A DNA stretch of 63,393 nt, counting the filler, from Octopus bimaculoides (Eukaryota): assembly GCF_001194135.2 (NCBI RefSeq). It is 6 parts of 6 records of this genome, joined end to end, with 100 filler letters (N's around TTAATTAATTAA, not from the genome) between each part and the next. Parts side by side here need not be neighbours in the genome. Positions count along the whole stretch, not along the records: positions 40,166 to 52,343 come from NC_069004.1; positions 52,444 to 61,388 come from NC_068981.1; positions 61,489 to 63,393 come from NW_026418832.1; 3 more parts are not named here. One strand, written 5' to 3'. Below the pieces are notes generated by a model, which saw only the letters and a list, made by a program, of their open reading frames with translations, was not told the origin of the DNA and made no database searches. Below, in pieces: positions 50,898-63,393 of this stretch (position 1 is the first letter of the stretch; every line of letters starts with the position of its first letter). Made by a program: the position numbers and the translations under genes.

Positions 50898-51829
50898 AAC
50901 TTCATTTAATAACCAGTTGATCTAGCAAGCGGGACCAAGGTTTCATGCAGTGGAACTGAACCCGGAACCCTGTGGTTGGGAAGCAAATGCATATATACAT
51001 ATATATATAATGTGTGTGTATGTGTATGTCTGGAACTTATTCTATCGGCCTCTTTTGCCGAACCGCTAAATTACGGGAACGTAACGATCCATTTGTTAGA
51101 CTACGGTGGGGGGGGGGGCAAATACAAAGACCTGCACTCGCACACGTCATAAGAAGAAGAAGAAGAAGTGTAGCAACACCGACAGCAGGATTCGAACGTT
51201 GCATTCGCTATAAAATAGCAATGGTCTTCAACACAGTTTCACCCAAACAAATTCACTTCCCAATTACCTAAGGTACTGCGTAGGGGAACTGAACTGGAAA
51301 CCGCGTTGTTGGCGAAACGAATTTTTTCACTACACGCTCATTAGTTTAAGAACGTTTGTGATTAGAGAGCGTCAAGGTGACCTAACTGAAAAAATTTTCT
51401 ATCAAAACTTCATGTCAATTCATGTTCCAGACGTCTGCTGAACAATGACAAAGTTATTTTACAAAATTCTTCATTATTTTCCTAAATTAATTGAAACAAA
51501 AGCGGAATATTTCAACAGAAATAAGCGAACAAAAACAGTTAAACAACCCAAGTATATTCGTATATAAAGCAAAAACTCTCCTTACTGGTGAGATTGTGTG
51601 AATTAAGGTTACAGGCGGAGGTCATCCAGTGAAAATCCGCCAGTTCCCACCCAGCTATTAACCTACCCTGTTGCAAAAGCGCTGACACTATTTGGCGCCA
51701 AGGCTATTGTGAAAATTTCTACATAATGTGCTCTGTCTACCGTGACTTAATATCGTAATGTGCATAGACACCAATCGTTTTGTTTCATGCTTGACCGAAC
51801 TTTATGTGAAAATTAACGCAGCAACAGCA

Positions 51830-51891
<62 letters not shown>

Positions 51892-51976
51892 AGACTCATG
51901 TTCATATATACACACTGATACAAACACGCTTGCAGATATCTCTCTCTCTCTGTGTCTCTGTCTCTCTTTCTTTCAA

Positions 51977-52009
<33 letters not shown>

Positions 52010-52343
52010 CAAGCGCGCGCGTGCATATATATCTTAATATATAAATCTGAAATTGTGTGTTTGTGTGAAGCCTTTTTGAAAGTTTATAGAAATCCACATT
52101 TTCCACTTTTTCGTAAAAATGTTTACATCAATGGAATTTTCTCGATCTGAACTTTCCAGTGCAGTAATTAGATTTTTAAAATTCCGTTTACTTTGTGTGA
52201 TTTAAGGGAGATTTGGCTGTCGTTTCTAGCAACATTTATATTCCTTCCCTTCTCCCTGTACCGGCGTTGTTATAGGGAGTAAGAGTAAAAGAGGGAGAGG
52301 GAGAGAGAGAAAGTGATACATACAAAGTCATAGATTAACTTGG

Positions 52344-52443
52344 NNNNNNNNNNNNNNNNNNNNNNNNNNNNNNNNNNNNNNNNNNNNTTAATTAATTAAN
52401 NNNNNNNNNNNNNNNNNNNNNNNNNNNNNNNNNNNNNNNNNNN
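52344..52443. other. Artificial scaffold join linker
   Basis: N44-TTAATTAATTAA-N44. Confidence 0.9.
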
Positions 52444-52916
52444 TAAAAACAAGGGTAAGAGTGAAAATATAAATGATAATGCATATATGTACACAGAAAA
52501 ATCAGTTAAAACACCTCTATTTTATACAAAACCCTAAATATGTATACACAGACATACACATATATATATATATATATATACACATTTTCTCTCACCGATA
52601 CACGTGTATATATAAAAACACCCATACCAGTATGTTCATACGTACATAAATTTAGTATGTTATGGTTGTTACAAGGGTTTATCAAGATTTAAAATATACT
52701 CTAATTAAGGTTAATAAATTACGAAAGTATAGATAAATAATTAGAATCGTAAATAATTTTAATCTTCTAACCTTTGAGGGAAAAACTAATATGTTTTATA
52801 TATATATTTAGGTCAGTTGAAGTGTGCATGTGTGTATTTATCTTAAACTCACATACACACATACATATATGTTTGAGTGAGTTTGTATGTGATGTACTAT
52901 AAACATTAGTAATTAC

Positions 52917-53024
52917 CTCGTCTTGATAATGTTCATGTGTTTTCCGAATATCTGCTTCCAATTCTGCTGAAGACTTCATCATATCAACTTTTTGATGTTC
53001 CAGAGACAACTGAAGCTGTTCCAC
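52917..53024 (-). CDS. CEP162: CEP162-like exon (5th of 5 seen)
   Basis: ttttAG/GTAATT; 108 nt, phase 0->0; VEQLQLSLEHQKVDMMKSSAELEADIRKTHEHYQDE. Confidence 0.8.
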
Positions 53025-53431
53025 CTAAAAAGAATAAATCTATAATACTTTAGAAAGCCATTAAGATGAAGATCTCTTGCAGTACGTTACTCTATCTTAC
53101 TCCTTTGCATTCTATGCATCATACAAGCAATAAAATAAATTACTGTAACATTATGAAGATGCATGGCCAATTGGATTAGGATGTTCTACTGACAATTGCA
53201 AGATCATTGTTTCAATTCCCAGAGTAGGATGTTCATGAGGTTCTTGAGCAAAACATTTCACTTTACATTGCTCCAGTTCACTCAGCTGTGAATGAGTAAC
53301 CCTGCGACAGACTGGTGTCCTGCTCAGGGGAAATGTTGTGTATCTCGGTCACTTATACACCATGCAAACTAGGTAATTGGCCCTATGAGCTCTGGGATGA
53401 GACAGTTATGCCCAGGGCTTGATGATGATGG

Positions 53432-53473
<42 letters not shown>

Positions 53474-54044
53474 GAAGGAGGAAGAGGAGGAGGAGGAGGA
53501 GGAGGTAACAGAATAAAGTTCATTCAATTATAATCTTCTCACATCAAAATTTTTCTCATACCTAACCAAAAGAAATACAAAATTTTTCACAAACTAGATG
53601 TGTGACTTGTATAAATTTCTGTGTGAATTTTTTGAGCAAACACAATATAGTTTGCTGCCCTCTTTTACTGTTAAGTACCCAACTATGAAAGCACATGGCT
53701 TAGTGGTTAGGGCAATCGACTCACAATCATAAGGTCGTGAATTTAATTCCTGGTGGTGTGTTGTGTCCTTGAGCAAGACACTTTATTTCACATTGCTCCA
53801 GTCTACTCAGCTGGCAAAATTGAGTTGTACCTGTAATTCGAGGTTGTACCTGTAATTCGAGGTTGTACCTGTAATTCAAGGCCAGCCTTGTCACATTCTG
53901 TGTCACACTGAATTTCCCTGAGAACTATGTTAAGGGTACATGTGCCTGTGGAGTGCTCAGCTCCTTGCACATTAATTTCATGAACAGGCTGCCATAGCCA
54001 ACGGAGTGCCAGTTGTATGTATGTGTATATATATATATATATAT

Positions 54045-54161
54045 ACATAATTAAGGGATCAGCAAACATTTGCTTCACCACATACCGAAGTTCAGAAATA
54101 GCTGTTATTTCTGAACTTCGGTATGTGGTGAAGCAAATGTTTGCTGATCCCTTAATTATGT
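54045..54161. repeat. Perfect 56-bp-arm hairpin with a 5-nt loop (intronic)
   Basis: 54045-54100 is the exact reverse complement of 54106-54161. The copy after the gap (~54265-54385) is an assembly overlap. Confidence 0.9.
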
Positions 54162-55518
54162 TTATAAATGTATAAGAACTTTTAAATAAGTTCTCCACTG
54201 ATANNNNNNNNNNGCCATAGCCAACGGAGTGCCAGTTGTATGTATGTGTATATATATATATATATATACATAATTAAGGGATCAGCAAACATTTGCTTCA
54301 CCACATACCGAAGTTCAGAAATAGCTGTTATTTCTGAACTTCGGTATGTGGTGAAGCAAATGTTTGCTGATCCCTTAATTATGTTTATAAATGTATAAGA
54401 ACTTTTAAATAAGTTCTCCACTGATAATGGTGTTTACATACCGAAGGGGTTGGTAAAAATTATTAATTGTTGATTTATTAATAAATTAATAAATTGATAA
54501 ACCTTTACCCTTTTAATTGTGTATATATATATATGTCATAGACTAGAGCCTCACATAGAGCCCAAGTATGAAATGAAAGCAACATTGCATTTTCAGGAAG
54601 AAAGGATAGAGCTGATGTATGATAATATATTTAGTATAGTAAGACAACAGGGCAATACTGTTAGTAGGAGAGGCTAAGAAGAAAAAAGAAGAGGAGGAAA
54701 TACTGTAACTGAATACATTTAGGGGAAATTAAAGGAAGTTAAAAGCAATTAAGAACGGGACAAGAGAAGGTGAAAGTTCTTTAGACAATTTCTTTAAATA
54801 ATTTTTTCTTTACAAAATTTCTTTTTTAAAGAAATTTCAAAAACTGCTTAAAGAAAAAGAAAAAGGGAAAAAAATACTTAAAGAAAAATTTCTTAAAAGC
54901 TTAATAAACTTCACAAACTTCAAAATATCCTCAAAAAAAATGTTTCTAGGACAATTCACAAAATCCCAAAATTTCTCAAAGAATCTCAAAAATTTCAAAA
55001 GTTTCAGCGTTATGAAGTGATGATATAATATAATATTTTTAACCAAAAGAGCCATGTGAAATTTTCAACAAGGTTTCAGCTCTTAACTGTACAGTTCAAC
55101 ATTATACCAGACAAGCTAAAGGGCACTGTATATAGTTGCCCACCCTGTAGAGATAAGAACTAAATCTCCTTCAATTCATATCTTACAAGCTAACTGTATC
55201 ATCTTAATTCAAAAACTACAAAGTAATAAACCAATAAGGAAGCCTCTTTGTGGTCACTCACACTGCTTGAAATAGCAGTCAAATATCCTTCAACCAGACC
55301 TTCCTGCTTAAAAATGGTAAGGAGGATGTATGTAAAAAACGGTTCTATGTACACTGACTAAATGAAAGATGGAATGGTTACAGCTGGAATTCCTTTCATT
55401 ATAGTTCTGCACAATCAGAACAGACTTGAAGCTAAACAACAACTATTGATCTATGGAAGAGTTGTGAACTTTAAAAATCAATTCAGTATCTTTAGCTATT
55501 TAACCAAAACTGCTTTAC

Positions 55519-55673
55519 CTTAATTTTTAACAATTCATTTTCTTTCAGTATACCTTCAGGAACTTCAATCATACTGATAATTTTTTCATCTTTGCCAGCC
55601 AAAATGCTTCCAACATCAACTGCATCTGATTTCTTAGACTTTTGAGGAAGTTTTGAGGCTTTCTTATTCAACT
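55519..55673 (-). CDS. CEP162: CEP162-like exon (4th of 5 seen)
   Basis: tttacAG/GTAAAG; 155 nt, phase 1->0; (E)LNKKASKLPQKSKKSDAVDVG...ILKENELLKIK. Confidence 0.75.
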
Positions 55674-56299
55674 CTGTAAATGAATATAGGATATAGAGGA
55701 AAACTCTGATTAATACTGACCCAAACAATGCAAGGTTCACTAAACTGCAGTTAACAAAATATTTTACAACAATCAATGAAATATAGAGGAGGGGGCTGGT
55801 TTCATATTTTATATTTTTTAGATTATTTAATCATGTGTGAATCATACAAGGAAAGAGCATTTTTAAAAACCAGTATTTTCATATTCCACCCATCTCTACA
55901 ATTGTTGAACTTCGGTAGGCTTTGCTGGCCACCACTATCATGCTGAACATCAGGCCATATCAGACGTTATATTTTGGAGACTTCCACACCCTAATAGAGA
56001 AAGAAAATCAATCAACCACAGTTATGGTGATGTATTGTAGGCACATTTTGCAGTTAGGAAGTAGCAAAGGATGATGAGATTTAGGGTAAACATTTGTTGT
56101 ACTGAGGGTGTTGATGCACTGCATCTTCGAATGCAGGAGTTAATATCTCATCAGGAGGCGAAGCAGCTCTGTAAGTATTTCAGCCCCTTAACACCAGAGC
56201 TGCCCACAGTCACCCACTGGTATAGGCAACATAACTCCCACACAACAGCATGAGCTTTGTTGAGTCAAATGTTGCAATTCTGGACCAGATGTTTCTACC

Positions 56300-56545
56300 A
56301 TCCTATATGCTTGTCCTTGCTGCACCACACTTCCTCTCTCTTCAACCAAGTATAATGGCTCACTTTTTCAGTGGCTTCTAGCAATTTTCTGGCAACATCT
56401 TTTGTCTCCTTCACAGTTAGTCTAAGACTCCAGAGAATTGAGTGAAGCCTGGTTCCAACAAATCCTCTAAAACTTATCTCTACAAGAAGGCATACTGCCT
56501 TCCATCCCCTGTTTTCAAAGAGTTCAATCAACTCACTATATTTTA
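56300..56545 (-). mobile_element. Hero-clade LINE 3' end
   Basis: KYSELIELFENRGWKAVCLLVEISFRGFVG...ATEKVSHYTWLKREEVW. Confidence 0.7.
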
Positions 56546-57692
56546 GATTATTTAACAATTAATTTATGATAACTTTCATACTTTATTTCATATTTAGTGT
56601 GTGTTAATTTTTACTTTGCATTTTGCTTTTAATAAAACTTTGTGGTTAATCTTGTTTGTTCATTTTTCTTCTTGGAATTCTGTGTAAGATAGTCATACTA
56701 TCAACAAATGTGTTTGTTTTTTTAATTTTATTTTGCATGGTGCATTATAATGTACAGCAATGGCTCCTTGTAAATAATATGGCACAAAATTGGATGTTAT
56801 ATATGATGAAATGTCGTATGAGATCAATAGAACAACAGGAACTAAATAAAAATTATTGTTTAAGTGGTTTGCTACAGCTCTTTCAGAAACTCCTTAACCC
56901 TTTTGCATTCAGATTACTTGGCCAAATTTATTCACATTGTTTTGAATTAATCATGCATTATCTTGTAGCTTTGAGATTTCAAGGACCAAGATATCACCCA
57001 CCTAAATGTTTATGCAATTACAACATACATAATTAATTCTATGCTATTTGATACACAACATCATCATCATCATCATCATTTTACTGCCTACTTTTCCATG
57101 CTTGCATGGTTCAGAGGGGATTTGTTGAGGTGGACTTTCTATAGCTGGATGCCCTTCCTGCTATGAGCTCTTATCTGTTTCTAAATAAGAAAACATTTCC
57201 CCACAACTAAATATGCTTTCCATGGAAAATAGGGAATGAAGGACACCACTTACATGGTAGAAACATTCATTTGCAACTATCACATGATGTCAATGTAAGG
57301 AAACAGCAACACACACACACATGTACATACAAACATGTACAGATGCACATACACAGACATGTGTGCGTGTGTGTATTTGTGTGTGTATGTATGTATGTAT
57401 GTATGTATGTCTATATATATATATGATGGGTTTTTCAGTTTCCATCTACAAATCCAGTAACAAGGCTTTGGTCAGCCTGGGGTTATAGCATAAGACACTT
57501 GCTCAAAGTGCCACACAGTGGAATTGAACCAAGAACTATGTAGTTGGGAAGCAAAATTCTTGCAACACAACCATACCTATACCAAAAATAACATTCAAAT
57601 ATTCAACAAAGTACAACATGAAATGAAAATGCAAACACAAACACACATACATACACACACAAGCATACACATATACACACACACATACAGAC

Positions 57693-57890
57693 CTTCATTT
57701 GTTGATGTTGGCTTTTTAATAAGCTGTTGTCTCAACAAAGTTTGTTTTTCATTTTGAAGTTTACTAAACATACAGCGCAGTGTTGCAACTTGATTATTAC
57801 TGGAATCTAACTGCTGCAGTAAAACTTGCACCTTGTTTTGCAACTGAGTCTCTTTGTTTTGGCTTTTCTGCAGCAAAGCATGCAAATTAT
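57693..57890 (-). CDS. CEP162: CEP162-like exon (3rd of 5 seen)
   Basis: tttccAG acceptor and GTCTGT donor; 198 nt, phase 1->1; (D)NLHALLQKSQNKETQLQNKVQVLL...KKPTSTNE. The donor was chosen because it keeps the frame open into the next exon. Confidence 0.7.
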
Positions 57891-59044
57891 CTGGAAAAAC
57901 AAAAGACAAAGAAAACAAGAAATATTACTAATTCTGAAGGTGTAAGGCCAAATTTTCTCTCTAAAAATATAATTCCTTCATAAGAATTGAACTCAAAATC
58001 TTTGTGCTGGTAACTAAATACCACATTCATTTATACATTTCTCTCCCCACCTACCTATGTAAAAACATACCAATAGAAGGCACATGGATCAGTGGTTAGA
58101 GCGTCGGGCTCACAATCATGAGGTAGTGAATCTGATTCCCAGACCAGGCTGTGTGTTGTATTCTTGAGCAAGACACTTTATTTCACATTGCTCCAGTTCA
58201 TTCAGCTGTAGAAATGAGTTGTGACATCATTGGTGCCAAGCTGTATCGGCCTTTGCTTTTTTTTTGGATAACATCGGTGGCGTGGAGAGGAGGAAGCTAG
58301 TATGCATTGGCAATTGCTGGTCTTCCATAAACAACATTGCCTGGACTTGTGCCTTGGAGGGAACTTTCTAGGTGCAATCCCATGGTCATTCATGACCAAA
58401 GGGGTCTTTACCTTTCTATCAGTCATGGGCAACCTGCGGTCCACAGAACTTTCTGAATGGAATGCCAAGAAAAAGTTAAGTTACATTTTCTTTTTTTTTT
58501 AGCAGAGTAACCAGCCTGATGATAAGCCATATCTCATGTGACCCACTTCTCAAAAAAGGTTGCCTGCCTGCTCTATATGTTCACTCAACCTACTAGAAAT
58601 AATAGCCCAAACTCTCTAAAATCAAAATTTAGCATCTTAACCCTTTAGCGTTTAAACCAGCCATGTCAAGCCCAAATATTCTTTCTGCTTAAGGTTCAAA
58701 CTGGCCAGATCTGGCCTCTTACGCTAATCTTACACTGTCATTCTAAAAAATAAACAATCACATCATTGAAACCTTGAAGCTATGAGATAATGTATGATTA
58801 ATCGAAATCAGTATGAATAACTAAGCATTACATTTAACAGAGTAATTTTGAATGCTAAAGGATTAAACAATGACAGGACGCATTAAATAATATAGTCCAG
58901 CATATGATTAATCAAAAGAGATGAGATCACAGCTTGAATGCCTGTCATCATAGACCTGTTCAATAAGAGTTGACTTAGTGCTAAACAACAAAACTTGTGC
59001 CCCCAACCACGAACCAAGTTATAAAAATAATTATAAACTGCCAT

Positions 59045-59420
59045 TTAGCTTGTGTGGTAAGTAGCTTGCTTACCAATGACATGGTTCCGGGTTCAGTCCC
59101 ACTGCGTGGCACCTTGGGCAAGTGTCTTCTACTATAGCCTCAGGCCGACCAAAGCCTTGTGAGTGAATTTGGTAGACAGAAACTGAAAGAAGCTTGTCGT
59201 ATATATGTATATATATATGTATGTGTGTGTATATGTTTGTCCACCCAACATCGCTTGACAACCGATGCTGGTGTGTTTACATCCCCATAACTTAGCGGTT
59301 CAGCAAAAGAGACCAATAGAATAAGTACTAGGCTTACAAAGAATAAATCCTGGGGTCGATTTGCTCGACTAAAGGTGGTGCTCCAACATGGCCACAGTCA
59401 AATGACTGAAACAAGTAAAA
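59045..59420 (+). mobile_element. Composite tRNA-type SINE
   Basis: gtgtggtaagtagcttgct...ggttcagtcccactgcgtggcacc, then ...agaataagtactaggcttacaaagaataaatcctggggtcgat; the inverted counterpart is at ~61780-61985. Confidence 0.75.
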
Positions 59421-60055
59421 GAGTAAATGAGAGAGTAAAGAGTATAAACTGCCATTTAGCAATTGATACATCCAGTTATAATAACAGGAGTGACAGCTGA
59501 GTCTATGAAGCTATAAATACTGTTAATCAGTTTTTTTCCAAATGAATTGATGTGCATTTTTCTTCACAATAAACGCAAGTGTGGCTGTGTAGTTAAGAAG
59601 CTTTTGCTTGTTTCAATCATTAGACTGTGACCATACTGAAGCACCACTTTGAAGAATTTTAGTCGGATGAATCAACCCTAGTACTTATATTTTTTTAAGC
59701 ATGGTATTTATTCCAATGGTCTCTTTTGCCAAACCACTGAGCTATGGGGCAGAAAACATAAACACACACACACACACACACATATATATATGATGGATTC
59801 TTTCAGTTTCCATCTCCAAATCCACTCACAAGGATTAGGTCAGCCCAGGTTCATAGTAGGAGACACTTACCCGAAGTGCTGCACAGTGGGATAGAACCCA
59901 GGACCATGTGGTTGAGAAACAAACTTCTTACTACACAGTCACACCTGTTTTTACAGAATTTTACAACATGCACTGTTCCATATTATCATGAGATAAATGC
60001 TCCTATAAATCTAGATAGTTGTTTAAATACACAAGACCAATATAAAATCTCTTAC

Positions 60056-60287
60056 CATCTTCTTCTTTATATTTTTGCACTTCAGACTGCAGTTGGTCAA
60101 CATTTTGCTGTAATTCTTTAATTGCAGTTTCTGAATTATCTTTCACTGCATTTTCACTTGTTTTTGGTTCTTCTGGCATCTCTTCAGATGATGGTTTCTT
60201 GCAAACAGTACAACGACCCAAAATAGCCTGATGCTGTAACTTCTTAACAGTTTCTTCCAATGTTTCAATCTGACTTTCATACTGCAG
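60056..60287 (-). CDS. CEP162: CEP162-like exon (2nd of 5 seen)
   Basis: ctaaAG/GTAAGA; 232 nt, phase 0->1; LQYESQIETLEETVKKLQ resembles human IQYEQRLEQQEQLL (from memory). Confidence 0.85.
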
Positions 60288-60515
60288 CTTTAGACAAACA
60301 AATAAAATAATAAAATTTTATGAAAATGATCAAAATCAATGCTGGTTATAATTTCTATAGAATATCTGTAGAAATAACCTTAACAAAATACTGACATCTA
60401 TATACATACATGTTCACATGGAATAATGTGAACATCCATAAGTGCTTCACAAAGAAACAGTCTGGCTTATAACCCCTTGTATTCACTATTTCATACAGTA
60501 ACTATAGGAACTAAC

Positions 60516-60746
60516 CTTCAGCTTGTTGTACTTTTGTTCCACAGTCCTCACTCTGAGGTCACCCTCTTCTTGAGCATTCTTCAGTTGATTCTCCAGTTTC
60601 TGAACCTTCTGCTCAAGCAGAAGATTTAGTGGGGATGGTGCCTGACGACAGTCACTGCTTGCTTCAACAGAACTGCCAGCTGCCATTAATAATGCAGGTA
60701 AAGAATTTGGGTTGCGCTTACAGTAGATTTTTTCCATTTCCTTTAT
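60516..60746 (-). CDS. CEP162: CEP162-like exon (1st of 5 seen)
   Basis: ttatcAG/GTTAGT; 231 nt; IKEMEKIYCKRNPNSLPALLMAAGS...VRTVEQKYNKLK resembles human KEMEKI..RRYPNSLPALILAAS...LRTMEQQFQKMK (from memory). Confidence 0.88.
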
Positions 60747-61070
60747 CTGATAATAAAAACAATTTTTGGAATGACAGATAAAATAATATTTTATAGGTTT
60801 AATAGAATTTTACATATAAACTCTTATTTTTTTGTCTCTTACTGTTTACTTGTTTCAGGCACTGCACTGAGCCCATGCTGGGCTACTGCATTGAGGAATT
60901 TAGTCAAACAAATCAATCCCAGTACTTTAATTTATTTTAAAATCTGGTACTTATTCTATTAATCTATTTTGCCAAACTGCTAAGTTACTGATACATAAAC
61001 AAATCAACATATATACTTTATAAATACATACATACATATATAATATATATATATATGTATATGTACTGTC

Positions 61071-61388
61071 TCTGACACCTCTGTCCCTTTTCTCGACATT
61101 TCGGTCAGCATCCTCCACTCCGCCCTTAGCACCTCTATCCACTACAAACACACAGACTCACACTCCTATCTCAACTTCTCCTCCTCCCACCCTAGACACA
61201 CAAAACTTTCCATCCCCTATTCCCAATTCCTCCGTCTACGCAGACTTTGTAGCGACAGCCATGACTTTGAGACTCAGTCTCAACTCATGGCTCACCACTT
61301 TAGCCTGCGTGGATATCCACCCACCACCATCCACACCGCCCTTGCCAGAGCACGTTCTGTGGACCGTGCATCTGCTCTCTCCCCCCGA
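61071..61388 (+). mobile_element. Penelope-like element RT fragment
   Basis: Open frame SVPFLDISV..STSIHYKHTDSHSYLNFSSSHPRHTKLSIPYSQFLRLRRLCSD...RGYP; cut by the linker. Confidence 0.85.
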
Positions 61389-61488
61389 NNNNNNNNNNNN
61401 NNNNNNNNNNNNNNNNNNNNNNNNNNNNNNNNTTAATTAATTAANNNNNNNNNNNNNNNNNNNNNNNNNNNNNNNNNNNNNNNNNNNN
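61389..61488. other. Artificial scaffold join linker
   Basis: N44-TTAATTAATTAA-N44. Confidence 0.9.
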
Positions 61489-61740
61489 TATATATATATA
61501 AAGATATGTGTATGTATATATGTATGTATGTATGTATGAATATGCGTGTAATTGTGTGTGTGTGTGTGCGTGAGTGTCTTCACCACTATTAACAAATGGT
61601 TTTGGTTTGTTTAGATCCCCGTAGCTTACGACTTCGATAAAATAGGTCAACTGAAGAATAAGTACTGGGGTCGATCTATTAAACTAAAAAACTTCAAAGC
61701 GGTGTCCCAGCATGATTACGGTTCAATGACTGCAATAGCT

Positions 61741-61772
<32 letters not shown>

Positions 61773-62830
61773 CTTTTACTCTTTTACTCTTTTACTTGTT
61801 TCAGTCAGTTGACTGCGGCCATGCTGGAGCACCGCCTTTGTAGTCGAGAAATTCGATCCCAGGACTTATTCTTTGTAAGCCTAGTACTTATTCTATCGGT
61901 CTCTTTTTGCCGAACCGCTAAGTTACGGGACGTAAACACACCAGCATCGGTTGTCAAGCAATGCTAGGTGGACAAAGACAGACACACANNNNNNNNNNNN
62001 NNNNNNNNNNNNNNNNNNNNNNNNNNNNNNNNNNNNNNNNNNNNNNNNNNNNNNNNNNNNNNNNNNNNNNNNNNNNNNNNNNNNNNNNNNNNNNNNNNNN
62101 NNNNNNNNNNNNNNNNNNNNNNNNNNNNNNNNNNNNNNNNNNNNNNNNNNNNNNNNNNNNNNNNNNNNNNNNNNNNNNNNNNNNNNNNNNNNNNNNNNNN
62201 NNNNNNNNNNNNNNNNNNNNNNNNNNNNNNNNNNNNNNNNNNNNNNNNNNNNNNNNNNNNNNNNNNNNNNNNNNNNNNNNNNNNNNNNNNNNNNNNNNNN
62301 NNNNNNNNNNNNNNNNNNNNNNNNNNNNNNNNNNNNNNNNNNNNNNNNNNNNNNNNNNNNNNNNNNNNNNNNNNNNNNNNNNNNNNNNNNNNNNNNNNNN
62401 NNNNNNNNNNNNNNNNNNNNNNNNNNNNNNNNNNNNNNNNNNNNNNNNNNNNNNNNNNNNNNNNNNNNNNNNNNNNNNNNNNNNNNNNNNNNNNNNNNNN
62501 NNNNNNNNNNNNNNNNNNNNNNNNNNNNNNNNNNNNNNNNNNNNNNNNNNNNNNNNNNNNNNNNNNNNNNNNNNNNNNNNNNNNNNNNNNNNNNNNNNNN
62601 NNNNNNNNNNNNNNNNNNNNNNNNNNNNNNNNNNNNNNNNNNNNNNNNNNNNNNNNNNNNNNNNNNNNNNNNNNNNNNNNNNNNNNNNNNNNNNNNNNNN
62701 NNNNNNNNNNNNNNNNNNNNNNNNNNNNNNNNNNNNNNNNNNNNNNNNNNNNNNNNNNNNNNNNNNNNNNNNNNNNNNNNNNNNNNNNNNNNNNNNNNNN
62801 NNNNNNNNNNNNNNNNNNNNNNNNNNNNNN

Positions 62831-63393
62831 ATGGGGATCTTGTTTCACGCGCGGTGTCGCTTGTTAACCGGGGCTATACCATTCCTTACGCGGCTTCATA
62901 TTGATGTACAGGCACCATTTTTCGTCGCCAGTAACGATTCGGTAAAGAAATCGTTGCTTGTGTCTATGAGTTGAGCGGTGACGAGCAAGCAAACCAGCGG
63001 AGATTGTGGCTCGTTGATTTTTGTTGTTGTCACTTAAAGCATGCAGAACCCATGCTCCATACTTCTGAACCTCTCCCATCGAGTGAAAATGCTTCTCTAT
63101 AGCAATGTGGGAGCATTCCATTTTCTCTGCCAGTTCCCTTGTCGTTTGACTAGAATTTTCGTGCAAAAGTTGGTTTAATCGCTCTTCATCGAACTCAACT
63201 GGACAGTCAGAACGAAGTGAATCTTTGAGGTCCAAATTTCCATCTTTGAACTTGGCATACTAATCATGAGCAGTTCTTTCAGCTATGGCACCCTCTCCAT
63301 ACACAGCACAAATATCGCGAGCAGATTTTGCGGCCTTAGAATTTTGATTAAAAGCAAAAAGAAGGAGGTGTCGAAAATGCTCCTTTTTCTTAA
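62831..63393 (-). mobile_element. Mariner (Mos1-like) transposase 5' part
   Basis: QTTRELAEKM (HTH), GAWVLHAL (WVPHEL-like), RIVTGDEKWCLYIN. Confidence 0.85.

Noticed and set aside
53990-54423. Exact ~210-bp duplication (including the hairpin) around a 10-N gap
   Set aside because: Assembly overlap; counted once.
57774-57890. Shorter CEP162 exon using the GTATGT donor at 57773
   Set aside because: Would create T|AG (stop) on joining the next exon; the donor at 57692 keeps the frame.

Overview
Repeat-rich, AT-rich animal genomic DNA, most likely an octopus (inferred from dense (AT)n/(AC)n/(ATAC)n microsatellites and familiar tRNA-type SINEs). It is cut into six segments by artificial 100-bp N44-TTAATTAATTAA-N44 linkers, so adjacency across them is uncertain. 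Two fragmentary host genes lie on the minus strand: two exons of an otubain (OTUB1-like) deubiquitinase (11.1 and 13.5 kb) and five in-phase exons of a CEP162-like centrosomal coiled-coil gene (52.9-60.7 kb). The rest is transposon debris: RTE, L1/Tx1, CR1, Hero and Penelope retroelements, Tc1/mariner, hAT, a decayed autonomous Helitron with a tandem non-autonomous Helitron, and a PGBD3-like piggyBac. Two structures stand out. (1) Three unrelated 1.1-1.9 kb elements around the OTUB1-like exons share one architecture: inverted terminal repeats of about 115-140 bp, each carrying an outward-pointing minimal type I hammerhead ribozyme with a (near-)palindromic helix III. (2) The piggyBac has lost its 3' end, which is replaced by an inverted copy of its own 5' end (leader exon, intron and start of the ORF), giving a symmetric TTAA-flanked unit with convergent expression cassettes. 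Family assignments come from remembered motifs, not database searches. Coordinates of decayed repeats are approximate.
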